A stretch of DNA of 63,971 nucleotides, the filler included, from Reticulomyxa filosa (taxonomy: Eukaryota; Protista; Foraminifera), in the NCBI GenBank assembly GCA_000512085.1. It is 22 parts of 22 records of this genome, joined end to end, with 100 filler letters (N's around TTAATTAATTAA, not from the genome) between each part and the next. Parts side by side here need not be neighbours in the genome. Positions count along the whole stretch, not along the records: positions 37,167 to 39,317 come from ASPP01041348.1; positions 39,418 to 41,136 come from ASPP01029465.1; positions 41,237 to 46,216 come from ASPP01023006.1; positions 46,317 to 48,180 come from ASPP01001296.1; positions 48,281 to 50,299 come from ASPP01006838.1; 17 more parts are not named here. One strand, 5' to 3'. The position numbers were made by a program, and so were the translations under genes. Below, piece after piece: positions 38,162 through 50,132 of this stretch; position 1 is the stretch's first letter, and every line of letters starts with the position of its first letter. The notes below the pieces were generated by a model, which saw nothing but the letters and a program-made list of their open reading frames with translations, was not told where the DNA came from and did not search any database.

Positions 38162-39290
38162 ATGTCAGAAGAAAAAAAAAAGAGTTAAAGGCGCAAAATG
38201 GTATGGAAGAAGAAAATCAATTTGAAACAATGACAAAGCTACTGGAAATAAAAGATCGTGAATGGTACCCAACAACGTACAAAACCAGTTTTGGGTGGAT
38301 AGTCAGTGTCACTGCCCGTGAGCTCAGGTGTAGCAAATACACGCGAGCAAGCAGTGGAACTTGTGAATTTGATGCTTGTGGCGAACGTCTTTGGCCACGT
38401 GACAAAAGACCGCAGTTCAAAGATGACAACTTGTACTATCGTTTTGTAATGGACAAAGTCAGCCACGGCGAAAAAGAGAAAAACGAGAAGACCTCACAAG
38501 ACTGGAGCTGGAGAAACTTGGTTCCCGAGCTGTTTCTGACCGAGAAACAATCAACTTGCAAGCCAAAGTCAAAGACATGTCGTTGGAAGTTGGAAATGCT
38601 AAACTTACTGAAAACGACACGTTTGGTATTTGGTCTATCGATAAGTACAATCAATGTACATCCAGTCAAATGGATTTCCATTAAGCCAAAGGGCAAATAC
38701 AACATTGTCGCAATTGGTATTTTAATTTTTTTTTAATTAAAAAAACAATATTTTTTGTATATGTATTTTTTTTTTTAAAAAAAAAATAAATTGATTGGCT
38801 TATTGAGTGCAACTGGCGCAGCAGGTTTAGGAGCCAAAGCGGCGATCATCAAAGAGCATCTGTTCGCTGGGAACTGCCTGAACAGTGGCTGTGTCAAAAG
38901 AAAAGTTACTATCGACTTCCCGAAGGTGATGGAAAGAATGCGAAAAATAAGATTCATTTTTCTTTTTAATAAAGAAAAAAGAAAATTATAAATAATAATT
39001 TATACTTACTCTAAGTATTTTACAAATATATATGTATATTATATAAACATACCACACAAGAAGTGAATACTTTTGAATGAAAGGGACAGGTGTTACAATA
39101 CAATGTGAATAGATCAGATATATTTCATCAAGATGCTTGTGGACGATTCACGAGATTGTATATAATGGACGTGTTTTTGGGGAGTGTAAAATTTATATCG
39201 AAAAATAAGATAAAGGTGGCGATAATGTATTGGAGTTTGCACGTGCATTGGTTGCGACCCGAGGAATAGAGGATTACGAGACTGCCTAAG
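38162..39290 (+). pseudogene. DEP domain fused to a mercuric-reductase/dihydrolipoamide-dehydrogenase-like flavoprotein disulfide reductase (decayed copy)
   Basis: DEP: LEIKDREWY..TYKTSF, then in the +1 frame SSGVANTREQAVELVNLMLVANVFGHVTKD, then FKDDNLYYRF. Reductase: NVHP..W....PKGKYNIVAIG, GAAGLGAKAAIIKEHLFAGNCLNSGCV (CxxxxC), IDFPKVMERMRKIR, DVFLGS.KF, LEFARALVAT. Several frameshifts and internal deletions. Confidence 0.8.
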
Positions 39291-40869
39291 TGGTAAGGGA
39301 ATCGATGGAATCTTGTGNNNNNNNNNNNNNNNNNNNNNNNNNNNNNNNNNNNNNNNNNNNNTTAATTAATTAANNNNNNNNNNNNNNNNNNNNNNNNNNN
39401 NNNNNNNNNNNNNNNNNAAGAAAGTAAATTAGCGGAAAGTGAAAAATTTAAATGTAGGTGGCAATGGAAATGTAAATGCAAATTTAAATAAAAATGTAAG
39501 TATGAGTATGATTTATTGGGTGAAATACCAAAAGAAAATTTTGATTAAATTCAAACATGGTTAAATTAAGAGAATTGAAAATGAAATTAATAAAAACCCA
39601 AGATGGATCATTAGCGAGAACAAAAAAGACAAATGTATTAAAAAGTCTATTTAAAATACAAACAGTATTAAGAAGATCTGGAACAGTCAGTAGACAAAGT
39701 AGATTTTGTGAAGGAAAAAAAAGCAGAACATATATTATAAATTAGAAGAAAATCAACACAATGTTAGGCAAAATGTAGACAAATGAAGAAGTACAAGATT
39801 GGCTAAGATAATATCAAAAGATATATTAAGAGAAAGTGATAGAGACAATGCCATAGATTGCAAAGTAAAGTGATATATCAAATAATAAACACAAGAACAA
39901 TTAATAAACGCATTTGATATATTATTATTTACACATGTGGATGTAGGAAAAAAAGTAAATGATTTTGAAAAAGAAATAAATAATATACATACAATCAAAT
40001 AAAACAGTATGCAAAGGATATCGAATATTTGATAAAATGAAGTGAAAATGCAATGAATGATATTGAAATTAAAAAATTAGCAACAAGACTGCAGAAATAC
40101 GAAATTACAGTTTTGAAAACTACATCGTTTATAAGAAAATGAAAGATTATTGGAAAAAATTAAAGTATTATATCGTAGTGATTCTAATCAAGCATTTGAT
40201 ATTGGAGTATTTACAATTTTATGTGATAATTCAACCAAACTATAAACTGTATTTGCATTGATAAAAAAAGCAGAACCCAAAAATAAGAATTCATTTGATA
40301 AACAATCAAAGACGTATTATCAATTTTATAGCATTAAATTGTATGCAAATAACGTTGAAGAATTTTACAACGTTAAAAGGATAGAATCAAATGAAGTAAT
40401 TTATTTTATGAACATATTCAAATATGGAAATCTAATAACTCATGAAAAGATGAAAAATTAAAAGTAAATAATAAAACATTGGTTAAAATCAATGACATAA
40501 TTTGCAGATTGTTACAAATCAATTAAAAAGAGTAAATGAAGAAGCAATCATTGTCAGAAATGATATCTCTTTGAAATTGACCAAATTTGTATATGACCAA
40601 CTTTGTAAATTCAATCCAAAGACAAATTATTTATATGTGATTGTTATCAGCATATATTGATTTGTTAATTGAAGAAAAAGAAAAAAAAACGAATGACAAC
40701 AAGCAATTATATTACAGTCTATTATCATCATTTAGAAGCATTGCGGAAAATAAATGTAGATTCTAAAATATACATTCAGTTTATTCCCATTACATAAACT
40801 ATTGATAAATAAATAAAATATGCTAAAAAAAAAAGTAGACTCCTGAAATAGGACATCACCAGTGTATGT

Positions 40870-41136
40870 TTATGTTTTCCACCAAAAGACAATAAAACGT
40901 GATTTAATTTTTTTATTGTTGTTATCTATCAGTTTCACTACACAGTGTCCACATAATTCAACATCACTTGGATACTCACAGATAAACTTGTATTCGTTTT
41001 TGATCTTATGATAAGAATAACAAGCTCTTTTAAGATAACCTCCACAAATGAGTATTTCGTGTTTGTGTGGCACACATTGAGTTTGATCAAGTGAAGTGGG
41101 CAACTCTTTCAAAGTTTGAAAGTCTTGGTTGCTCAA
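40870..41136 (-). pseudogene. Kelch-repeat family fragment
   Basis: FQTLKELPTSLDQTQCVPHKHEILICGG...CYSYH.IKNEYKFICEYPSDVEL.GHCVVKL, paralogous to the genes at 55664..56758 and 62735..63805. The frame collapses after ~80 aa. Confidence 0.8.
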
Positions 41137-42115
41137 NNNNNNNNNNNNNNNNNNNNNNNNNNNNNNNNNNNNNNNNNNNNTTAATTAATTAANNNNNNNN
41201 NNNNNNNNNNNNNNNNNNNNNNNNNNNNNNNNNNNNATTGATTTCATTTGCATGAGTCATTTTGTTGTTTCTACAATATTTCTACCTGTTGTTACATGTT
41301 TTTCAAAGCAGAATTTAGATATTTTGTCCGTTACTAAGAGTTAGTAAATAATGTTTACTGCATATTTGATTACATTGAAAAATTTTTAAAAAATATATCA
41401 AAACAAATCCAATCACCGCACAAAATTGTCAGCTGACCACGTGCTTTTTGTAATAAATTATTGTATGAAGTAATGCTATTTGCATCGATTTTTTTTTCTC
41501 AAGTTAATGTCGTACATCATCCAACAGGGTACATGTTATAAAATTTTCTAAAAATTTCAGAAAAACAAGAAAATTTATTCACAATTTGATATTTTCGTTT
41601 TGTTTTCTTTGTTTTCTTACATTTTGTACAATTTATATCACATGTATCATGTACACATATTCGACAATTCATTCTTCACTTCCATATTTCGTTTCCAAAG
41701 GACGAACTATCTTTTTCTATGAAGTTCCCTTTTGATTTTTATATTATGATTGTCTTTTTTGTCATGAGCATTTTCATTTTTTACTTTGTTTTTTACATTT
41801 TTGTTTACAATTCATTTTGTATTGTAATTTGCTAAATGTGCTTTCTAATTTTTTGCTTGATTTGGCTTCATTTAAATACTACAATTGATAAATTTATGCT
41901 TTCATGAAACCAATTTACAACAATTTCTGTTTTTTCTGTTTTTGTATTTGTTCAATTGTACTTTAATAAATATGAATTACACATAATTACTTTGTTGAAC
42001 AGATTTAATGCTATGCATTATTTAAATCTAATTTGATGTCTTCGATATCCTCTAATTGATCAATTACTTTCAAAACAACTTATTTTTTATTGTAATATTG
42101 TCGTGTATATAACAT

Positions 42116-42350
42116 TGTAGGGTAAGCCCCTATTATACATGGCTGAGCTCTTATGGAACTGAGGAGTGCCCTCTGGGTTAAACTTCTCCACAAACCTTCT
42201 TCACTTCTTGTTTTTGGTCTTTCCTTTTTATTTACTGAGTTATTTATTTTGGTTATTTAGTTTGCTTTATTTTACTGAAATCCACTCTCAATTCGAGTAA
42301 AATCTTTTCGTATTACATTTAGTGTAGCTCTCTACAGTAGACACCCCACA
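42116..42350. mobile_element. Solo-LTR-like (or MITE-like) insertion, 235 bp
   Basis: TG...CA termini and an imperfect terminal inverted repeat (TGTAGGGT / ACCCCACA). It is flanked by the direct repeat ACAT (42112-42115 and 42351-42354). The ends are GC-richer than the surrounding DNA, and AATAAA occurs on the minus strand. Confidence 0.7.
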
Positions 42351-43150
42351 ACATTATGTGCTGTTATTGCTTAATTTTACATTTAGTTATTTCGTAAATT
42401 CTTTTCATTTTTTGTTTTTTAATTTGTCCAGCATCTCTGTTTTTCATGTTCGAGTTTTTCGACACTAAGTAATATTGTTATTGTTTGCTTATTTTATGTT
42501 GTTTTGTCATGTGTCGTGCGGTATACTTTTATATTTCAGTTTGTCTGAATTTTTACAATATTTTTTATGTCAATATAGAAACTGATATAGAAGCAGCCCG
42601 GATTATATCAGCAGTAATCTAAATATCAGAAGCAATAAAACTAAGAAAGCTTTATAATGCAGGACAACCAAGAGAAAGGCCACACGATGCATAGATACAC
42701 CAAAAAAAGATCATCTTGATGTGGTGTATTATTTACAAAAATGCTTCATACACAAAATTAGTGGTTCATTTTATTGTATCATTTTTAAGTTGATATAGTC
42801 ATAACCAACTCTAAAGTTGTATATACAACTAGTCCTTCTTTTGATAATGATTACTTTATATTTAAGTATCTATACTTTATACCTCTTCCTACACAGAGCA
42901 CTTCTACAATTTGTCATTCAATCCATTTCTATAAATAATCTCTTGAAAATTGTCATATTGAATTGCTTGCTTTTGAATGGCAAAATCAAGGTGAAAAGAC
43001 TGTTTGACATGTTGTGCTGATTCATTTTATGTGATAAAATAGAAACCCAACAAGTGGCAATATATTGGGATTTTGAAAGTTCGCAGGTATCACCAAACAA
43101 AAGTATAATTCACTCTCTTGATAAAAACTTTTCTTAAAGAAAAACAACAT

Positions 43151-46134
43151 TTACAAAGTTTGACCTCCAATGCGCAGAGGATTTTTCTTGATATTTTTTT
43201 GACTACTTTTTACTTTTTCTATAAAATTCATCTTTTTTCCGTCAGTCTGTGTTTGTTGTGTGCCAAGGTTTTGTGTTTGCTGCAATGCATTCGGAGTGGC
43301 TTTGTTATCTTCGTATACTGGCTCTCTCTTTGCTCTTTGTGTTGATTCTGGGTGATACCCTAACTCCGTATTCTGTGCACGTATTGCGGAGCCGTGATTC
43401 ACATTTAATTTGGAATCTTCGTATGCGTTAGCGTTCCATCTCTTGGTTATGGAAGAAGAGTCGATTGGACACACTTTAAAGCGGATTATACTTTTTGGCA
43501 ATGAATGTTTCTCATAAAAGTCTTTTTCCGGTACTTCATCTTTCAGACGTATTATCAACGCTTCAATTTTGGTCTTTGTGGTCTCAGGAGTGGGATGAAT
43601 TTCCGTCAATAGCGATCCATCGAGTTCTAAACTCAGTACGCGTTGAAAGAGTTTTGACACATCTATTTCACAAAAAAAAAAAATGAAGATTATGTAATGA
43701 TAAAAAATAACAAAAGTGATTAGACACACACACAACACCTTCTGGAGATAATTTTCGTGGTGATGACTCGTCATTGTACAAGCATAATTTCTGAGTTTTG
43801 TCTCCCAAAGTATCTAAGAATTCTTGAATGGTGATGGAATTAGGACAGATCAATCCCAAATAACTCAATTTCGGACTCAAAGCTCGGACCATGTCAACGT
43901 TCCATTGAACGGAGGGACACAATAACTTAAGCTCTTCAATGTGGTCGGACAAGGACTGCACAAATTCCGGAGTGATTTTGCAAGGCGCGCACTCCAAGAC
44001 CAAACACTTGCATTTCAAAGCGCTAACAAACTTTGCGACTGGTTGAAGCTCTTCAAAGTCCTGATCGTTGTAATGTTCTACCTTTGGTTGCAAACGTGAG
44101 ATGACCACGTGCTCCAAGTTTGCTTGCGACAAGAATGCGCCCAGTTGTGCCCATTGCACCCGATTAACCCACGAGGATTGGACCGGGGATGAGGGGATTT
44201 CCAGTCGAAATGATTTCAACGACACAGGGGACAGTTCGAGCAATTGGGTTTGGAATTTGTCCAAATGTTGTGGACCGAGGGATTCAATGGCAATAAACCA
44301 TCCACTCAATGTCAACGCTTCAAAGCTTTTTGGAAGTTCCTTTTCTTTGTTTTCCTCTCGGTCGATCGCTTGATGATCTTGCGCTTGCTGTTGCAATTGT
44401 TTCGCATTTGCGTTGCCATCTCCAATGTGTTGTTGTTGTTGCTGTTGATAATGCTGATGATGTTGATGTTGATGACTTGCTGCGTTTGTCACATTGTTGT
44501 TTTTCGTGTCCGTTTCATTGTTCACATTGTTGTTATTATTATTATTATTATTGTTGTTTTGAGCTGCAAAGCCATGTTCTTTCGTGCGATAGTTTACAAA
44601 GTTGCCTTTTTTCTATTCCATATATATGTATATATACACATATGTATACGTATATGTTACATTAGAGGTATCAATCAAAGTATTGAATAAACATGATATA
44701 TGTATATTGTCTCATCTCCTCAACTGGGAATTTTTTTTTGGGATATCTTGTTTTCTTTCGTGAAGATGCTTGGTTGTCGTTGTTTGTGTGATGGGCCCCT
44801 CGTTCAGCATCGCCGCCGAACCAATGCTGTTTGGGACCTCGATGAGTTCGATCGCCATGTTGGAATTTTCTGCGTCGAAAGTTGCGTTGTCCGTTGAAAT
44901 GGGGCTTGTGTCCAGACCCTTGTTGGTGCTGCGGATGCATCTGCCATCCGTAATAGGCTTGGCCATTGTCCATGGGTCCTCCCCACATGGCGGCATTGGG
45001 GTCCATCGTTCCTTGAGGGTAATAAGGCTGCGCGGCATAATTCATGCCATCCCCGCCACTTGGTATGGTGTAATCGTTGGAAGCATACAGTTGCGCATTC
45101 GCCGGAGCATCCGAGGGCAGTTGCGAATTGGCTTGCGCGTCGCCAAAGGGCTGGGTGGTGGCCATTGTCGCTGTGGATTGCGTGTTGAATGCCTCGTTCA
45201 ATGCGTGCGAGACTGGAACTTGTTCCGGAGACTGCGACGGGGGACCTCCTGCAGGAGTGTTGCCCGACGCCGTGACTCCTCCATTGACCGTTGCGTTCGA
45301 GGGACCGCCGAGCGTGTGATCACCGCCAAAGTTGGGATAGTGGCCCATGTCGTAGTCTATATCTCCGCCAATGTCCTGCGCGTAGATTGATTGGTCCGAA
45401 GGATGGAACGACCAAGACAAATGCGCGTTCGGGTCTTGCATTGTCTCTGCTTCGTTTTGCGCTTGCGTTTCATACGTTGGATACACGCCGATATCTTTTT
45501 TTTTTTTTTTTTTTTTAATCAAATTGCGGGTTATTTGAGAGTGTAAAAAAATTAATAAATAAAAAAAAAAGGGAGAACGTTCACACATGAACTCGACAAG
45601 AAACAAACATACTTTGTGCGTGTTCAACAACGTCACCACTTTGATCTATTGCAAATTGTCCATGGTCTAACGGCGAGTTGATATCTTTAATGATATCAAT
45701 AAAAAAAAAAAGAATTAAAATTTCTCTCGTATTCGTGGGATCAACATATAACATACATATGATACACACACACACACAAAAATTAAACCTGAAATGTGTT
45801 GTTGAGGAGCAAATTCAGGACCCAATGGGTTCAAATTGGTTTTCAATTCTTGTTTGACCAGTTCGGCGTTTTCTCGCGTAATGTCTTCGTTTCCGTCGAA
45901 AGTGGCTCTTAGAGCGTCTTCGGCACTGGACAGAATGGCTTGGAAGCCTCCGACGACACCCGCCACGTTCTGAGCCTTCGCTTTCTCTTTCATTTGTTGC
46001 TTGATCTTCATTATCTTTTCGTCTTTCTGTTCAATTGACCCTTGCAGTTTCACCACCTGCACCAACTGCTCCTTCGGCGCGCTGTATGTCCTTGTCACCA
46101 TATTGCTAGATCTGTCAATGCTTGCTTTCAGCAA
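43151..46134 (-). CDS. Multi-exon hypothetical protein: coiled coil, G/P/Q/Y-rich disordered region, degenerate LRR-like C-terminal domain
   Basis: Co-oriented ORFs 45715..46134, 44671..45639, 43668..44525 and 43151..43774, separated by short AT-rich introns. LxxLxL periodicity (IEELKL, LSYLGL, TQKLCL). Confidence 0.65.
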
Positions 46135-47826
46135 ACGTTGATCACTTGATCATGTGTGTGTATATACATATATATAAACAGTGTTCCAATTTTATTATTA
46201 TTATTAAAAAAAAAAANNNNNNNNNNNNNNNNNNNNNNNNNNNNNNNNNNNNNNNNNNNNTTAATTAATTAANNNNNNNNNNNNNNNNNNNNNNNNNNNN
46301 NNNNNNNNNNNNNNNNTTTTTGCGGTGCCTGATTGTGATAAGATTTGTTTTTTAGAATTCAATTTAAGTTTACCAACGTGTTATATTTCTTTGGCGTTTT
46401 TAACTGACTGTATTTTCTTTGGCATCGGCTTATTAAGGTTTCACAAATGTTTGTTTCCATTTTTTCCCATTCTGTTTCGAATTGGTTCCAAAGATTTTTT
46501 CAGTGGTATTAAATGGTCCTTTTTTGTGAATCATTTTCTTTACTATCCACCAAAAATTTTCAATTTGATTTAAATCAGGAAATTCATTGTTTTTTTTTGT
46601 TTAACCATTTCATAATTTTTTCCGATTTATGGCATGTTGTATTATCTTGCTGAAAATCCAATCATCTTTATTTTCTAAGCATTAATTGACGTTCTTTAAA
46701 AGAAAAACTCCGTAGACATTTGAATTAGAATGGGAAAAAAATGAAAAAGAAACTTAACAAAATCAATTCCAGAGAAAATACAAGCAGTATACAATGCAAA
46801 AAGTGATTTAGCCAAATGATAATTTTCATTAAAAACAATCTTACCACAAAAAAAAATTTCAGTTCTTATGTTTTTGAATTAACTTGACTTGTTTGTCATT
46901 AGACAAAAAAAAGCAAAAAAATCAATAATAAGTAAAGATAAAGCAAACAGTAGTCAAAAACTATCATACCTTCACACTCAATCCTTATATTTTTGGCAAC
47001 AAGATATTTTTAATGAAGGAAAAAAAACGAAAAGCTTTATTCATATATGTTCATCCTTAAATATAAATTTGGCCTCTGATTGAACTATCATTTTTTAATT
47101 TAATTTCTTTTTTCAATTGTTCATAAGTTGATTATCAATTAATGAGGTATTTAAATGTTCATTAATGATCTTCACCAAAGAACAATGTAACACCATTGTA
47201 CATAAATATGCATATTCATTGAATGATGCAATATCATCACAAACAGATAATTGACAAATTGAAAAACATTGTCATCTTCATTATATTCAATTAATAATAC
47301 CGTATTAAAACAAAAACGACAGTATTATTATTATCTTTTTCTTCATTTATTTTCATCGTTTCTTTTACTTGTCCCTTTTTTTTGTGTTCGGCGCATTATC
47401 ACGTTAACGAGAAAAGGAATTATCAATAAATAATCATCTTTGATTAAATGAAAAGTGTGAATAAAAAGCTATTTTATTGTCAATTACGAACTCTGATACA
47501 TTTATTTTTTATTTTATTTGATAGCATCAGGTCCATGTTACCCTTCTAATTCAAAGATTTTTGCATTGTAGAATTGTTGTGATGTCCAAATATTTTACAA
47601 AATGTAACATTTTTCTTTATTTTATTATATAAAAACAGCGCACATTGACCAACACAAATTTTCCTTTTATAAACAAAAGTTCAACCATTTTTTCATCTTG
47701 TATCATCAAATCATCTCAACAAAAAACTAAACAAGTTACAAGAATGAACTTAAATTTATCAATCAAAGTTAAGTCCAACTTGTTTTACGTTTTTATTATT
47801 AATTTATTTATCGTTGTTACGTGTGA

Positions 47827-48180
47827 TTGAAACAGTCAAAAGAAGAAGAGATTCAAACAATTATTCGACATTGGATTAGAATGTTACATATCAGATTTGG
47901 ATGGATTAAAGATTTCGACAAATTTGTTATCAATTATGTTAGTTCATTTGTTTTTTTTTCATTTGTATCAATCAAAGTCCAATATTTATATAACATATGT
48001 GTACACAGTCTTCATGCTTGATACATTTCGTTCATCATCCAAATTAATCAAGACATTTACTGAACATACAAATTTTATTTGGAGTACTGCGTGGAGTATT
48101 GATTATTCAACATTTGGTAATGGTCAATTCATTTGTTCTGGATCAGATGATAATACAGTTCGTGTATGGTATATTGATAA
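47827..48180 (+). CDS. WD40 family gene fragment with the family-specific helical linker (possibly a pseudogene)
   Basis: KEEEIQTIIRHWIRMLHIRFGWIKDFDKFVINY, an intron, then LIKTFTEHT...FICSGSDDNTVRVW. Confidence 0.75.
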
Positions 48181-48280
48181 NNNNNNNNNNNNNNNNNNNN
48201 NNNNNNNNNNNNNNNNNNNNNNNNTTAATTAATTAANNNNNNNNNNNNNNNNNNNNNNNNNNNNNNNNNNNNNNNNNNNN

Positions 48281-48438
48281 TCAAGCAGGAATGCCTCGCT
48301 CTGCGAGGCGTCGATCTTGTTGCCGAAGCGTGCATCCAGCGCCGCTTCCAGCTGTGCGCAGTCTGCACTGCGCAGCAGCACGGCCAGCAAGTCCAGGCTG
48401 GCGGATTTGATTTCAAACAGGTTGGCCGCAGGGCTCAT
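48281..48438 (-). CDS. minC: Septum site-determining protein MinC, N-terminus (partial)
   Basis: MSPAANLFEIKSASLDLLAVLLRSAD...LEAALDARFG matches the betaproteobacterial MinC N-terminus. Confidence 0.75.
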
Positions 48439-48699
48439 TGTATGGCTTCGCTACCGGATAGATTAAATTTATCACCGGAGTGTAAAGCTTTGGCGTATGC
48501 CTTTCAACGCGCGGATACGGCTTTCGCGGCATACGGTGACAAAACGCAAGCGCGGGTGTGGTGTTTTTCCGTGACAGGCTGGTGCGGGCACCGCGCTGGA
48601 TCGCCATAAATTTAACCGTCATGTCATGTTCGGCGGGCAAGATGCGGCAAAAGGTGTTGCAAAAATAGGTGCTTACCGCAGCATGGCACCGAAATCTGC

Positions 48700-48749
48700 T
48701 TGACATTGCTGCAGTGCAATATAAAATCCGAATTGCTGCAATGCAGCAA
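48700..48749 (+). promoter_or_regulatory. Sigma70 promoter of the phasin gene with two putative PhaR operators
   Basis: TTGACA (48700-48705), a 16-nt spacer, then TAAAAT (48722-48727). TGCAGTGCA lies between the boxes and the palindrome TTGCTGCA-A-TGCAGCAA at 48733-48749. Confidence 0.75.
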
Positions 48750-48804
48750 CAGGACTAACCACGGTTTTGCTGCTGAGTTCTCTCATTCGAAAAGGATCAT
48801 CTCC

Positions 48805-49368
48805 ATGTTTACCAATGCACAAGAATTTTCCGCTTTCGGTCAGGCACAGTTCGACAAAGCCGTACGCCTGTCCTCCATCTTTCTGGCCAGCGCCGAGCGC
48901 CTGACCAACCTGCAACTGGAAATCGCCCGCAAAGTGCTGGCGTCCAACGCGGAAACCCTGAAGCAGCTGTCCAGCATCAAGGACCCGAAAGCGTTCGCCG
49001 AATTCCAAGCCGGTCTGGCCCAGCCCAGCCTGGACAAAGCCCTGAGCACCGCACGTGAAGTGTACGATGCCACGCTGGTAACCCAGACCGAGCTGACTTC
49101 CTTCGTGGAAGAGCAAGTTGCCGAAACCAACAAGCAAGTACTGGAAGCCATCGACCGTCTGGCTAAAACCGCCCCGGTGGGTTCCGAGCCGGCTGTTCAG
49201 GCCCTGAAAAACCTGGTGAGCACCAGCAGCGCTGCTTTCGAAAACGCTTCGAAGACCGCCAAGAAAGTGGGTTCCGAGTTCGCCGAAGCCAGCGTTGAAG
49301 CCGCAGAAACTTCCGCCAAAGCCGCCAGCGCTGCCGTAAGCCGCGCTCGCAAAGCTCCGGCTGCTTGA
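48805..49368 (+). CDS. phaP: Phasin (PHA granule-associated protein), 187 aa
   Basis: AAAGGA RBS before ATG 48805. Ala-rich amphipathic sequence with AERLTNLQLEIARK, IKDPKAFAEFQ..LAQP..DKA and APVGSEPAVQALK motifs. Confidence 0.9.
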   Translation: MFTNAQEFSAFGQAQFDKAVRLSSIFLASAERLTNLQLEIARKVLASNAETLKQLSSIKDPKAFAEFQAGLAQPSLDKALSTAREVYDATLVTQTELTSFVEEQVAETNKQVLEAIDRLAKTAPVGSEPAVQALKNLVSTSSAAFENASKTAKKVGSEFAEASVEAAETSAKAASAAVSRARKAPAA

Positions 49369-49403
49369 TGTACCAGCAGCGTGGCACTTGCCCGCTGCTG
49401 AAG

Positions 49404-50123
49404 CTAAAAAGCCCCTGCTTGCAGGGGCTTTTCTTTTGTTAGCGGCGCGGGTGGCGTGGTGGCTGCAAGCGGGTTCCACTCCGCCAGCAGTCGCCTGGCA
49501 GGCTCGCTCAGCGTCAGGGCCGTTGCCAGCAGTTGGGCGAGCGTGAGGGCGTAATGGTCTTGTTGCTGCGGTGGCACACGGAACAGCGCCAGCAACGCGC
49601 CGGCATCTTGCGGTAGCGTTGTCAGCCCGTGATGGTGCAGGTATTGCCAGCACAATGCCTGCAGGCGTTCCGCCAGCTGCTGATGTTGTTGTAGCAGCGC
49701 GGCCCAGTCGGCTTGCTGGGCGGCACCGTGGCGCTGCAGCGTGTGTTGTATCAGCGCCGGGCTAGCCAGATAGAACAGGCTGTCGAACACGCGCTTGCAG
49801 AAGCCGGCAGCCCCCAGCGGGCCGCAATACAGCCAGGTTTGTGGCGTCCCGGTCAGGCTGTGCCATAGCGGATCACAGGCCGCGACAGTCGCAGGGCTAC
49901 CGGCCAACAGCAGGCCGGGGTTGAGCGGGGAGTGGGGCCACAGCTGGCAGAGTTCCAGCCGGGTAATATCGGTGACGGGTGCTAGGGCGCTGGGCAGCGG
50001 GGCGCAATGAATGCGCCAGCCCTGCCAAAGGATGATGTCATCATCGCCGTCCGCGGCAATGTCCGGGTAACTGGATTGCAGGCGATGAATCAGGGCATCG
50101 CGTTCCGGACGGCAAGCTGGCAT
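49404..50123 (-). CDS. Hypothetical protein, degenerate 6-phosphogluconate-dehydrogenase-like
   Basis: 239-aa ORF directly downstream of the LysR stop. LLLAGSPATVAACDPLWHSL....WLYCGPLGAAGFCKRVFD resembles the 6PGD segment LMxGG...G..GAGHFVKMVHN. Confidence 0.55.
   Translation of the reverse strand: MPACRPERDALIHRLQSSYPDIAADGDDDIILWQGWRIHCAPLPSALAPVTDITRLELCQLWPHSPLNPGLLLAGSPATVAACDPLWHSLTGTPQTWLYCGPLGAAGFCKRVFDSLFYLASPALIQHTLQRHGAAQQADWAALLQQHQQLAERLQALCWQYLHHHGLTTLPQDAGALLALFRVPPQQQDHYALTLAQLLATALTLSEPARRLLAEWNPLAATTPPAPLTKEKPLQAGAF
49406..49437. terminator. Rho-independent terminator of phaP, potentially bidirectional
   Basis: AAAAGCCCCTGC-TT-GCAGGGGCTTTT followed by a T-rich tract, at the junction of convergent genes. 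Confidence 0.9.
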
Positions 50124-50132
50124 GGTGACGAT

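Noticed and set aside
29421-39290. A redox gene cluster comprising LRR-SDR and DEP-reductase
   Set aside because: The two genes lie on different contigs separated by spacers, so their proximity is artificial.
39418-40800. Possible transposon or viral ORF remnant in A-rich DNA
   Set aside because: It looks like decayed coding sequence, but no RT, integrase or transposase motif could be identified.
48673-49653. 326-aa minus-strand ORF
   Set aside because: It is the antisense shadow of the GC-rich phasin gene, which has the RBS, promoter and terminator.
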